NCBI GenBank assembly: GCA_035525285.1
Contig: DATLFB010000044.1
Coordinates: 20,293-84,292 of the forward strand
Reading direction: 5' to 3'
Source of the DNA: Thermoanaerobaculia bacterium
GTDB lineage: Bacteria; Acidobacteriota; Thermoanaerobaculia; Gp7-AA8
Length of the DNA stretch: 64,000 nt
A model generated the notes under the pieces. It had not been told where the DNA came from. It was given only the letters and a program-made list of their open reading frames with translations, and did not search any database. This document shows positions 18,601 through 30,700 of this stretch, in pieces. How positions within the stretch are numbered: position 1 is the first letter of the stretch; each line of letters begins with the position of its first letter. Made by a program: the position numbers and the translations under genes.

Positions 18601-21600
18601 GATAGTTCTTCACGTCGGCGCCGGTGAGCGCCGCGTTCGTCTGCAGACGCGCACCTTGTGCAGCCGGCGCGGCGGAGCTGGTGAACCTGCCGCCTTCGAC
18701 GCGCAGTGTGTCGACGATCATCAGGCGCGGGCCGCGCATCGATTGCCCGAGAAGCGCGAGCAGGTAGGGCCTCACCGGATCGGTGCCGGGCGGAGCGGGG
18801 ATGTCGAGCTGCAAGCGCTGCTTCGCAACGCCAGTAAAGTCGAGTTGCACGCCGGCGGACCAGTTCAGCTCCGTATCCAGACGCGGCACGGCGGCAAGTA
18901 CGCCCTTGGTGGAAAGATGCACGTCGATGCGCGCCGCCTCGTCGAACGCGCCGGCTGGAACCGTGACCACCATTCCGTCGCCGCTGCTGAACGTCGTTGT
19001 CCTGTTCGCCGGCGCGAGGAAGCCTTTCCCGTCCGCGGTGACGAATGGCGTGAGCTCAATGATTGCGACGATCGCTCTCGATACTGGGTCGAGGACCTGC
19101 AGATCGATCGCATCGCTCGTGAAGATGCGATCCCTCGGGTCGAGATGACCGGCGTCGAACGAGAACGAGCCATCGCTGCTCACGGTCGCGCTGTACGACA
19201 CGATGAAGAAGCGGCCGCGACGAACAGCGAGGGCTTGCGCACCGTTCGGGAGGGCGCCTGGTTTGCCACTGATGATCGATTTTCCGCTCTCATCGGGAAT
19301 CGTGATGCGGACCAGTTCCGGATGGATGGCCGTGTTGCCAGGCGGAATGGCGCGCGTCGAGAACTGCGTGGTGACGGTTCTCCCGAACGGCGTGCCGGTG
19401 GTGGTGCGGATCGTCGGGGCGACGGTGATGGAGTAGCGCGACGCGGCGCGCAGCGGCTCGTTGGCCATGAAGCGGACGGTACTCGAGCCGTTGAGGGTGA
19501 TCGTGCCGGCGAGCGCGGTATTCGTCGTAAGGTTTGTGACTCGCAAGCCATTGACTAGCGACGCGGCGTCGATGGCGGCGTTGAAGGTTGCCTGGACGAC
19601 CAGAGGCTGGGTGACATCGACATCGGCATTGTCGGCGGGTGTGAGGCCGGTGAGCTGTGGCGCCTGCGCGGCGAGCGTCAACGCGCCGAAGTTGATGAAG
19701 GTGTCGGGGTCGGGACTCGTCGCGTGCACGGCGGCGGCGCCGTCGCCGGTTGCGAGCGAACGCGCGACGAGCGAGAAGGGCGTCGCGGGTTTCGCGGCGA
19801 CGGGAACGACGAACACGCCGTCGAGGCGGGTGAGATCGCGTACGCCGAGGGGCGAGGTCATCGGGGAGCCGATGCCGGAGGTGACGCGCGCGTTCGCGAT
19901 CGCGGCGGCGCCGGTCTTCACCTGGCCGTAGGCGGAGGCGATCGGGTTGTCGGCGACGAGGACGAGATAGCGGCCGTCGCGCACGATGCCGTCGAGGGGG
20001 AGCTGTGTCGAGACGATGGGGCGCGATACGAAGACGTTCGCGACGGACGGAGATGTCAGTGCGACGAGGCGGAAGAGGATGCCGTGTTGAGTGCTGCTCA
20101 GGATTTCCGCGATCACGATCTGGGGGATTGAGGATTGAGGATTGAGGATTGAGGAAGGGATCGAGACCGTGGCTTTTGCGGGGGCGAACAGCGACGGCGG
20201 GGCGATCTCGACGCCTTCGATGGGCGTGGGCTGGTTCGCGCGCGTGAGCGTGAATGTGAAACCGGCGGCGATGCGGAAGCCGGGGATCGCGCCGAGGGCG
20301 GCGAGGTCCGCGTCGGACATCGAGGAGACCGAGGCGTGCAGCGGCTCGGCGGTCGCGCCGGCGGGGACGTCGAGGAGCACGCTCCCGTCACCGGGAACGC
20401 GTCCGCCTTCGGCGCCGAGGAGCGTGCCGCGGTCGATGCGGCCGGGGTAGTCGACGATGCGGATGTGATCGACGCCGTCGCGCAGGATCACCGACTGCGC
20501 CTGCAGCGTCGGCGAGAGGTGGAAGTCGGCGATGCCGTCGGTGCCGGCGAGATTGCGGTAGATGAGGAGATCGGTTGCGAACGGCGGATCGACGAGGACG
20601 CGGCCGTCGGCGAGATTGAGTTGCTCGTCGATGAACGCCTGCACCGCGGTGCCGCTCGGATACGGCTTCGTGCCGTCGGTGGTCAGCGTCGCGACCGTGC
20701 GGCCGCTCGGAAGCACGGCCTTCGGATCGAGGACGAAGCTCTTGCCGGTGAGGCGGCAGACGTCGGGTGTGGTGACGCACGGATTCGCGATGCCGGTGAG
20801 CGAAGCGCCGGCGCGCGCGACGAGCGTCGAGCCTTTGTCGGCATACACGAGCGCGTAGTTGCCGGTCTCGCTGATGTCGACGACGACACGGCCGTCGCTT
20901 CCGACATTGACGATCGGAACGAGGACGCGCCATTCATCCGCTTCGCTGTCGTACTGCACGAGCGCGAGCGTCTGCGCGGCGGCGGTGACTGCGCTCGCGT
21001 CGATGTGGAAGGTGAGCTTCGCGCCGGGGATCGCTTCGCTCGTTCCGCTCACTTCGGCGGATGCGAGCGGCGACCAGCCGAGGGGGAGGAGGCCGGCGAG
21101 CGACTGGCCGCCGATGGACGTGACGCGAACATCGGCGGTGGATGCGAGCGTGAGCTCGACAGGCTTCGTGATCTTCGTGTCGCCGCCGTGCGTCAGCGCG
21201 GTGCCGCGCCTGGTGAGGCGGATGTCGATCGGCACGACGCCCGCGCCGGCGGGGACGACAACCTGGCGCCAGACGGTGGTGTAGCCGGGCGCGCTCGCTT
21301 CGATCGTGTAGGCGCCTTCGGGGAGGGCGAGGGTGTATCGACCCTTCGGGTTCGAATTGAGGATTGAGGATTGAGGATTGAGGAAGACTCTGGCGCCGGC
21401 GAGCGGGCGGCCGTTCGTCGCGTCGTAGACCGCGCCGGAGACGTAGCCCTTGCCGCGCTCGAGCGCGGGATCGTCGCTGAATTGAAACGTCTGCGTGTAG
21501 TCGGCGACCATCGACGCGCCGCCGGCGTCTTTCACGCTCTTCTTCACGGTGAGGGCGAGGTGCTTTGCGGGAACGCTAGCGAGAGTGATCGTCGCGGTGT

Positions 21601-24600
21601 CGCCGGTTGCATTGAGCGCGACCGTGCCGGTGAGCGCGCTCTCCCCTTCCGGCACGAGGACGATCGTGCCATCGGACGCGGCGACGAGCGTCGTGAGATC
21701 CATCGGCTTCGAGAACTGGATCGTCACCGTCTTCGCGGTGCGGTCGAGCGAGGCGGCGAGGACGTTCGGCACGGTGCAGTTGATGCGGAAGCAGAGCGCG
21801 CGCTCGGCGGAGAGGCTGCCGTCGGCGCCGACTTCGGCGACGCGCACGATGTGGTAGCCGGTCTGACCGGAGAACGCGAAGGTGGCCTTGAACGCGCCGG
21901 TGCCGGCGTCGGAGAGGACGCGCATCTTCACGCCGTCGACTTCGATCTGCACCTGCGCGCCCGGAATGGAGACGCGTCCGGTGAGCGTAGTGCCGCTGAA
22001 GCAGCCGGTGGTGTTCGTGTCGTCGACGATCGGCGCGTTCGCCGGCGCGCTGCCGCCGGTGGTGAAGGCGAAGGAATGCGCAGCGGCGAGCGAGCTGCCG
22101 GCGACGTCCTTCAGCGACGATCCGAGAGTGATCGTGTAGCGCACGCCGCTGCGCAGCGGCTGCGCGGGGGCGAAGGAGATCGCGTCGCGCTCGACGAAGA
22201 GCGCGCAGTCGACGGTCGCACCATCGGCGTCGGTCATGCGAAATGCGCTGGCCGCGGTCGAGCGGTCGAGGGGATGGTTGAAGAGGACGACGATCGCGGC
22301 GCCGCGGTCGATGCTCGTGGCGTCGTTCGCGGGGAAGCTCTCGCGCACGGCGAGGGCGTCGGTGAATCGGACGACGCGCACGGAGTCGCTCGCGTTGCGC
22401 GCGTCGGGAGCGGTCGCGCGCGCGATCAGCTGCGAGATCGCGGCGGACGAAAGCTCGACGTCGGCGGCAAAGGTGGAGCCGGTGATCGTCGCCACCACTC
22501 CGTTCACGGAGACGGTCGTGCCGGCGTCGCCGGTGAACGTGCCGGTGACGCGGAGCGTGGTGCTCTGCGTCGATGGGAAGTACGTGTTGTCGCGCGGCGC
22601 GTCGATCGAGACGGACGGGCCGCCCGCGATGTGTGTGACATCGACGGTCGACGACGCCTGCGCGCCCGCGCCGTTGCGGCCGGTGGCTTCGATCACGTTC
22701 ACCTGCGCCGCGGCGAGCGGCACGGTGGCGGTGAAGGTGCCCGTCGTGTCGGAGTGCTGCGTGCTGAGTGCTGCGTACTGCGTGGTGCCGAGTTTCACGG
22801 TGATCGTGGATGGGTCGATATCCGTGTAGGTGCCGCTGACGTCGATCGACGTTGCGCCGGTGTCCGTGCTGGCGAGCGGCGACGTGATCGCGATCTGAGG
22901 CGTGGAGTTGAGGGCGTGGACGCGCGTGGTGGCGACGCCGATGCGCGACGACTTCGTCTTCGCGCGCGCGGTGATGACGTTCAGTCCCGTTCGGATGGGG
23001 ACATTCGGAACGCTGAACGTGTGCGTCTCGGCGCCGTCATCGGGGACAGTGAAGAAGATGCCGTTCACGTCGCCCGAGACGACGCCCGCACCGACGGTGC
23101 CGGTGACGGTGATGCTCGTCGCGGTGACGGTACTGCCCGCGGCGGGCGAGGCGATCGCGATCGTGGGATCGATGTAGCGATAGAGGATGAGCTTCGACGC
23201 GGGATCGTCGGTCGGCTGTCCCGCCGCGTCGGTGCAGCGGATCGTCACTTCGTTGCGGCCCGGCACGAGCGTGGCGTCGCCGCAGAACGAGCCGTCGGCG
23301 ACGGAGGCCGCGGAGTCGTTGATCTGCACACCGATCGCGCCGCCGGAGCGGCCGGCGATGCGCACGGTCTCGGTGAAGACGGCGGCGCCGTCGATGGGAT
23401 CGAACGCGGAGAGCGCGCAGCCGCCGAACGAGCCGGCCGTGCCGATGAAGAAGACGCGGTCGACGCGGGTCTCGTTGCCCGCGGCATCGCGCGCGATGGC
23501 GGTGAGCGCATGGCCGCCGTCGAGGAGCGTCGTGACGCCGGGCGAGACGAGCTCGCCGTCGATGGTCAGCTTCGTCGTGAGTCCGGCAGGGTTCTCGTCG
23601 GTCGCGTCGAGGGTGATGCTCGGCGAAGTCGCGAAGCGCGCGCCGTCGCCGAGGTCCGCGCTGTTGGCGAGAACCTTCAGGACGGGCGGCGTGAAGTCGG
23701 CGGTGACGGTGACGGAGATGCTGTTCACTTCGCCGCTGCTCGCGTTGACCGACGCGGTGATCGTGTTCGGACCTTCGCTGAGCGCGAAGCCGTTCACGCG
23801 GAACATGCCCGCGGGATCGAGCGAGACCTGCGTACTATTAATGGTTACGCTGCGCGCGTTCGCCGGCGTGAGCACCTGGCCCGCGACGAGCGTGGTCGGA
23901 CGGTTCGTGAGCAGCTTGTCGGGCGGCGCGGCGAGGAGGATGCCGATCTTCCCAGTGTCGCGCGTGACGTCGACCGCATCGCTCGCGCCGTTGCCCGCCG
24001 CATCGACGGCGACGGCGATGAGCGTATTCGGGCCGAGCTCGAGCGGAACCGTCGCGGTGAACGCGCCGTTCGCAATCGCGGCGGCGATCGTGTTGACGGC
24101 GACGCTGCTCGCGTTCGTCGTGCCGCGCACTTCGACGCTTTCGGCGTTGATGACCGCGTCCTGCGCCGGCGACGCTATGTCCACCGCCGGACCGGTGCGA
24201 TCGATCGTGAAGCTCACCGTCGCGGTCGCGGACTCGTGGCCGAAGCTGTCGCGCGCCTTCGCGGTGATCGTGTAGTCGCCGTCGCTCGTGATCTCCGTGC
24301 CGGAGGTGAACGGCGCGTTGTTGAGCGTCGCGGTGATCGTCGCCTTCGCGTCGTCGGAACGAATGATCGGCGTGACCGCGCGGCGGTAGACGTGATTCGC
24401 GGGGAGCGGCAAGCCGTTCTCGACGATCTCGACACTCGGAGCCGTCGTGTGAATCGTGACGGTGTAGACGAAGCGCGACGAGTTGCCGGCTGCGTCGACG
24501 ATCACCAGCACGAACGTGTTCAGCCCTTCCTGCAGCGGCGCGGCGAGCGTGAAGGCGACGCCGCTGACCTGCGCGGCGGCGCCCGTCGCCTCGAGCACGA

Positions 24601-27600
24601 CCGCGGCCGGCTCGCTCAACGTTCCGGTGATCGATGAGGGCTTCTCCCCCACCGTTGCGCCGTTGGCCGGATTGATCGAGGTGATGGCGGGCACGGTGCG
24701 GTCGACGATGAACTGCACGACCTTCTCGTCGGAGACGAGACCCGCGCAGTCCTTCGCCGTCGCGCGAAGCACGTGCGGCGCCGGCGTCTCGCTCGCGATG
24801 ACGGTGCCCGGCGTGTACGGCTGCCCGTCGAGCGTCACCGTGAGCGTCGCATTCGTTTCGTTCGTCGCGCGCACATCGAGCGAGACCGGCCGGTTGATCG
24901 CGGAGGCCGTGAACGGCACGCCGCTCTCGGTCACGGCGATGACCGGCTTCGTGCGATCGACGACGACGGCGATCGCCGCGACGGCGGTGTGGCCGCTCGC
25001 ATCGATGGCCTCGACGCGGATGGTGAACTTTCCTTCGACGGGCGCGGGAATCGTCGCGGTGAACGACCGCCGGTCGGCGGCGATTGTCGCATCGACGGAC
25101 GTCGTTCCCATCGTGACCTTCACCTTCGACAGCGCCGCATCGGACGCGCGTCCGCTGACGGCGATCTCGGTCACGTTGAGGCAGGCGTTCTGCGCGGGTG
25201 CGGTGACGCTGAGCTCCGGCGCGCGCGTGTCGAGCGTGACGGGAATGGCGGTCGTGGTGTTGTTGCCCGCGCGGTCGATGCCGAGGGCGACGATCGTGTT
25301 CTCGCCCTCGAGGAGCTCGATCGCGACCGGCGTGGCGAACTTCTTGTCCGTGATCGTCGCCTCGATGCCGTTGACCTCGACGCTCACCGCGTCGTCGGCT
25401 TCGCCGGTCACGATCACGCGCGCCGTCGTGATCGTGGAGCCGCCGATCGGATGGGTGAACGCGATCGCCGGCGGGGTCTTGTCGATGGTGAAGGTGACCG
25501 GCGGAACGTCGGTCGAGAGTCCGACCTTGTCCGTGACTCTCACCTTCAATGTGTACACGCCCTCGGCCGTCACCGGCGTGCCAAGCTCGTACGGCTGGAC
25601 CGTTCCGTCAGCAAGTGTCAGCGTCGCGGTCGTCGTCGTCTCGGTGGTGTCTTTGACAATCGCGCGCGGCGTGACGTCGCGGTTGAACCACTGGCCGTCG
25701 GTGAGCTCGCTGTCGCCTTCCATCAGCGTGACCACGGGCGCGGTTTTGTCGATGAAGAAGACGATCGCCGGAATGGTCGTCGACCATTCGAGCTCGTCGA
25801 CGACGGTCGCGGTGAGGGAGTACTTCGCCTCTTCGCTCAGCTCCGTGCCGAACGTGTACGGCTGCTCGTTGAGCAGCGCGGTGGTCGTGGTGTTCGTGAT
25901 GTCGGCGATCGTGATCTCCGGCTTCACGTTCCTGTTGAACGCGCTGCCGGTCACGAGCGGCTGCCCGCCCTCGGTCACCGCAACGACCGGCGCGGTCTTG
26001 TCGATCGTGAAGCTGATCGGCGGCACGACGGTCACCCAGTTCAACTCGTCGGTGACCGTGACCTTCAGCGTGTAGTGATCTTCCGAGGAGATCTCCTGGC
26101 CGGAGCTCCAGGGCTTGTCGTTCAGCGTGGCGCTGGTGATCGTTTCGGTCAGATCCTGAATGCGCACGACCGGCGTGAGCGAGCGCTTGAACTTGCCGCC
26201 GGCGAACGGCTCATCGGACTCGAGCACCGCGACGATCGGCGCGGTCTTGTCGACGAGGATCGTGAGCGTCGACTCGGCGGTGTTCCCCGCTTCGTCGACC
26301 GCCTTGACCACGATCGTGTGCTCGTTCTCGTTCGCGATCAGCGTGCCGGCGGTGTAGGACGCAACGTTACTTCCAGTAAGGATGGTCGCGGTGTACGTCG
26401 CGGTGGAGACCGCGTCGGTGACCTTGATGTCGATGGCGACGTCGCGCTGGAACTTCTGCAGCTCGCGCGGATCGAGCTTCGTCGTGCCGTCGTAGAACGA
26501 GATGACGGGCGCGGTGAAGTCGACGAGGATCGTGGCCTGCACGACGCTCTTGTTGCCGACGGTGTCGATCGCCTCGACGACGAGGTAGTGCGTCCCCTGC
26601 TCGGTGATGACGAGGTCGGACTTGCCGTCCATCGTCGCGGTGATCTTCTCGACCTTCGTCCAGGTGTCGGCGGCCTTGATGTCGATCGCCGGAATGCGCC
26701 GGAACGTCGAGAACGGCAGCGGCAGCGGCGTGCCGGACTCGGTGAGCGTGATGACCGGCGGTGACTTGTCGACGAGCACCTGAACGCTGCTCTCGCTCGT
26801 GTTGCCGACGTTGTCTTTCGCGATCGCGTGAATCGTGTGCGGGCCTTCGGCCGCGATCGGGGCGAGCGGCGTGTACGGCTGGCCGCCGGCGGTCGCGGTG
26901 AGGCTGGCGAGGCCGGAGAGGTCGTCTGTCGCGCGGATGTCGACGCGCGCGTCGTGATCGATGGGCGTGATCGTGCCCGGCTGCAGTTGCACGCCGCCTT
27001 CGAAGAATGCGATGACGGGCGGGGTGTGATCGACGGGAGACTTCGCGAAGAGATCGTCGACGTACGCGTCGCCCTTCACCGCGGACCAGATGCCGATGCG
27101 GCCTTCCTTCAAACGAGTGGCCGATGCGTCGGTCGCGTCGATGGTGAAGGTCTTCGGCTCTTCGGTTCCGTCGAGCCAGAAGCGCGCGCGGATGTTCGTC
27201 GCGCCGTCGACGTCATCGACCTGAACGAGGAAGCGGTACCACTTGTTGATCTCGGGCGTGAATTCGCTGTCGGTGTCTTTCGCGATCGTTCCCGCGCCGA
27301 AGCCGAAGAGCTGCATGGTGAGCTTCGTCGTGGCGGGCTGCGTCCAGAGTCCGACGAGGTAGTACGAGTCTTTCTCCGGGTACGAGGAGTGGAAGGTGAA
27401 GCCGATGCGCGTGTCGGCGCTCGTGCGGATGAAGCGGCCGCGATACTCGAAGCGGCCGAAGCTCCTGAAGCTCTTCGTGGTCAGCGTGGAAAACGTGCCG
27501 ATGCGCGGGTTGTTGCCCTCCGGTTTGCCGGACGACTGCTTCGTGCCGTAGACGATGTTCGAGCCCTGGTTGCCCTGCAGCGGATCGGGCCACGTCTTGT

Positions 27601-27775
27601 ACAAACCGTTCGCGATCGGCGTCGACTTGCCGATGGAGTTGTCGACCCAGCCCGCGGGATTGCGCGGCGAGCCGTAGCTCTGGAAGTCATCGTTGTACGT
27701 GACCTCCGCCTGCTGCGCGAAGGCTCCCGCGCAGAGCAGCAGAGTGAGCGAAAGAGCGATGCCGATGCGAGTCAA
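9655..27775 (-). CDS. giant RHS/YD-repeat polymorphic toxin (~6,039 aa if the 1-nt break at 10600 is bridged)
   Basis: The TTG start at 27775 overlaps the TGA of the upstream giant gene (TTGA) and follows AAAGGAA. The product has a signal peptide (TRIGIALSLTLLLCAGAFAQQ), a LamG-like jelly-roll and many Ig-like repeats beginning D[KR]T[AP]P[VA]. It also has SbsA-Ig-like and CarboxypepD_reg-like domains, LVIVD-like blades and a YD-repeat shell. The core end reads YVRERWYQPLSGSWLSPDPKGYVDSSNLYSFAGSNPVDRRDPTG and is followed by the toxin tip. Confidence 0.85.
9658..10464 (-). other. RHS C-terminal toxin tip (~269 aa after DPTG), family unknown
   Basis: It begins right after NPVDRRDPTG. The first ~150 aa are charged and helical. 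The last ~110 aa read GGRLGDAITKQTTANVVRDLQARGFNRIRTEVLF..RYADVVAWNDVTGDIMIVNIGK and are mixed alpha/beta. Confidence 0.6.
10465..15330 (-). other. RHS/YD-repeat shell region of the giant toxin (approximate)
   Basis: YD-type repeats run from about TYRSRTIGLTAFGGGWDSS (~15325) to the DPTG motif, for example FDELGRVSTEADEFYNPL and IRYIYGADGRLAKKIDPVGRETTFTWN. Confidence 0.8.
10598..10600 (-). other. single-base frame break in the RHS gene at an A3 run, exactly before the conserved core-end motif
   Basis: The upstream frame reads ..HAHPYAEPLTGL-K and then about 180 junk codons, ending at the stop at 10052. The toxin frame opens at 10599 with NYVRERWYQPLSG, immediately after its own TGA at 10600..10602. 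Skipping nt 10600 restores TGL-NYVRERWY. Confidence 0.7.
20126..20155. repeat. heptanucleotide tandem repeat (GATTGAG)x4 inside the RHS ORF, site 1
   Basis: Four perfect 7-nt units at 20126..20153 plus a partial unit. It is translated as SSILNPQSSI and is AT-rich in a GC-rich gene. Confidence 0.9.
21355..21382. repeat. heptanucleotide tandem repeat (one AATTGAG + three GATTGAG) inside the RHS ORF, site 2
   Basis: Same unit and orientation as site 1, 1229 nt away. It is translated as LNPQSSILNS. Confidence 0.9.
23500..27030 (-). other. array of >12 Ig-like repeats in the RHS protein (approximate)
   Basis: Repeat starts recur: VDHTPPVIAF, DKSPPVITL, DFTAPVISF, DKTAPIVAV, DKTAPVVAV, DKTAPVVTL, DKTPPAIAF, DTRAPELSV, DRTKPVIAV, DRTVPAITS, DRTGPAVDI. 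Confidence 0.6.
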
Positions 27776-30700
27776 TGGAGTTCCTTTTTGCTGAGCGCCT
27801 CGAGGAGCGCGTCCTGCGACCAGATCTGGACCTCGTTGAGGAAGAGCACCCAGGTGTTGGAGATCTGGACGCGCACGTACCGGCCCGGCCGGTCGATGAC
27901 GAACGGATGCGACGACCGCGGCGGTGAGCCGTAGAAGTACGTCGACACTCCCGGCTGGCTGATGGTCGCGGCCGGATCCGACGACGCGAACGGCCCGTCG
28001 GAGACGAACACGTAGAAGTTCGTGATCTCGTCGCCTGGAGCGACCGGGTTCGGGTCGGTGCTGAAGCGCATGAACACGTCGACGGCCGAGATCGGGAGGA
28101 CGGATCCGAGATCGACGTCCCACCAGGCGTTCGCTTCCAGGTTCGTGTGCGTCGTCGATCCGAGTGAGCCGTAACTGCCGGAGAGGTCGCCGTTGACGGC
28201 GTGTTCCGCGCGAGCGAGCGAGGGGTTGCTGCTCTGCGTACTGGACTGCCTCGCGCTCGTCCGGCCGATCGCGAGATTGACGCGCTTCGCGGACGCCGGT
28301 GCCCACACCTCGACTTCACCGAGCTGCAGCTCCGCGGTTCCGTTGCGATAGAGACGCACGTAGCGGCCGGTGCGGTCGACGCGAAGGCTCATCGGCCGCG
28401 ATGCGGTGCCGATGATCGCGAGACGGGCAACGCCGCTCTGCACTTCGATGCCGGCGCGCGTCGACGCGAACGGCGTGTCGGACACGTAGACGGTGAAGTC
28501 AGACGGCGCACAGCAGTTCGGACGCGGCCAGATCTGGATGTCTTCGATCGATTGCACGGCGCCGAGGTCGACCTGCCACCACGGCTCGGACTCGAAGTTC
28601 GTCGTGCACCAGTTGTCGTTCACGCCGCTGGTATCGCCATCGACGACGCGCGACGCGCCATAGGTGATGCCGTTGTTCGTGACGGTCGAGGACTGGGACG
28701 CGACCTTGCCACGCGCGAGATTGACGCGCGGCATTCTGCCGGCGCGATCGAACCACGCACGCCCGCCGTACGTCGCCAGGGCCATGCCGTCCATCGCGAT
28801 CCCTTCGGCGTTGATCAGCCCCGCCGGGATCTCCAGCCGCACCCACCGCCCCGCCTCGGGCATCACACCGATGCGCGAGGTCTGCGGAATGGTCGCGCCG
28901 GGCAGGATGAGCTTCTCGCCCCAGAAGGCGCCGCGCATCACGTCGCCGCCCTTCGCGAACGTGATGAGGATCTGCCGCGGCGGATTGCACGGATCGAGGA
29001 GGACCCACACGTAGAGGGCGTCGCCGGCAGCGACGTTCAGTTTCTCCGTCGCGCCGCTGAAGCTGTGCTGCTTCCAGCCGGCCTCGAGCAACTCGGTGTG
29101 CGACTTCGTCCCGCTCGCGGCCTGGGTCGTATCCCACAGCCACGGGCGCGCGTTGCCGCCGGACGAGGCCACGGCGCCGGCCGGCAATGCGTCGTCGAAC
29201 CAGACTTCTTCGTCGGAGCGATGCGACGGCGCGGCTGCCGTCGGGAGCACGCAGGACGCGAGACCAACGGCGTCGATCCACGCCTCGCCGCCGTAGACCT
29301 GCACCTCCATCGAGGTGAAGTTCTTCGCAGACGTCAGACCGAGAATCGAGGCGGGAACCTCGAGCCTCACCCACTCTCCGCCGCGCGGCATGGGACCGAT
29401 CCGGACCGGCTTGCCTCTCGGATCGATGAGGCTCTCGCCCCACATCGCATCGAGCGAGGTCGTGCCGTCGCTGAGCGTGATCCAGAGCTCGCGCGCCGGA
29501 TTGCATGGATTCACGAGAACGTGGACGACGAGCTTGTCGTCCGGCGTGACGGCGAGCGGCGCCGCGCCGGTGACGCTCCACGAGCGCGCGCCGCTGGCGG
29601 CGTCGAAGTGGAGGGCCTGCGTTCCGCTCGCGGCCTGCGTGGCATCGAAGGCGGCGCTGCCCGCGGGTGTGCCGCCGCTCGGCGGAGCGTCGTCGAGCCA
29701 GAGCGGCGACGGGACCGTTGCCGGCCTCGCGGCAGTCCCGAGCGTCGTGCACGCGGTGAGGTTCAGGGCGGCGGAGCGCGTCGCGCCGTAGGTTGCGCTG
29801 ATCGACGCAGACGTCGTGGCGGCGACTCTCTTCGTGCCGACGGTGAACGTCTCCGTCGTCACGCCTTCAGGGATGACGATGCTCGACGGGACCGACGCAA
29901 CGGACGAGTAGGAGCTCGCGAGCAGGACGGTCGCGCCGCCCGCGGGCGCGGGTCCGCCGAGGGTGACGGTGCCGTTGAGGCTCGTGCCGCCTTCGACCGT
30001 CGACGCATCGAGCGTGACGGAGGCCAGCGCACCGGCGGACCCGGCGATGTCGAGCGTTGCGGACTTCGACCGCTGATACGTCGCGGTGATCGTCGCCGCG
30101 GCATTCGCGCTCGATGCGAGCGTGGTAATCGCGAACTGCGCGGACGACTCGCCTGCGCTGATGATCACCGCGGATGAAACCGTCGCGGAAGGATGCGAGC
30201 TCGCGAGCGCGACGCTGATTCCGTTGCTCCGCGCGGGCTGCAGCAGCCGCACGGTTCCGATCGTCGACGCGCCCGCGGCGACGGAGGAAGGCTCGATGGC
30301 GATCGAGGCGAGCTGGTTCGCGTCGACGATCGAGCCATTGACGGCGATCGTGGCCGACAGCGGAGTCGCGTGCGAGTCGGTCGCCTGGATCGTGAACGTA
30401 TCGCCGCCCTGCCCGACGACCGGAATGCGGAATGAGCCGTCAGGCAAAGCCGTGCCGTTGAACATCTGGCCCGTGCGCGCGCTGGTCACCCTGAGGTCGA
30501 TCGGCGTATCGGGATCGGTGACCGCGCCCGCGGGGCCGGCGACGAAGTCGCCGCTCGCGTCGGTGCCGGCGGTGATCTGCGCCGCGAGCGGGAACTGCGG
30601 CGCACTCGTGTTGGGATTGACCGGAATCGCATCCTTGATCACGAGGAGACCCTGTTCGTTGGCGACGTAGAGCACGCCGTTGCGGAGCAGGACGTCCCAC

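Noticed and set aside
21371-24637. 1088-aa plus-strand ORF (MRIEE..), and the similar ORF at 20142, both starting in the heptamer repeats
   Set aside because: Both are antisense to the RHS gene and have junk composition. The shared MRIEE start merely reflects the repeated GATTGAG units, although those units do mimic SD plus TTG.
27776-28306. N-terminal 177 codons of listed ORF 10052..28306
   Set aside because: These codons overlap the 3' end of the 6,807-aa gene in another frame and read as Arg-rich junk. The real start is the TTG at 27775, followed by a signal peptide.
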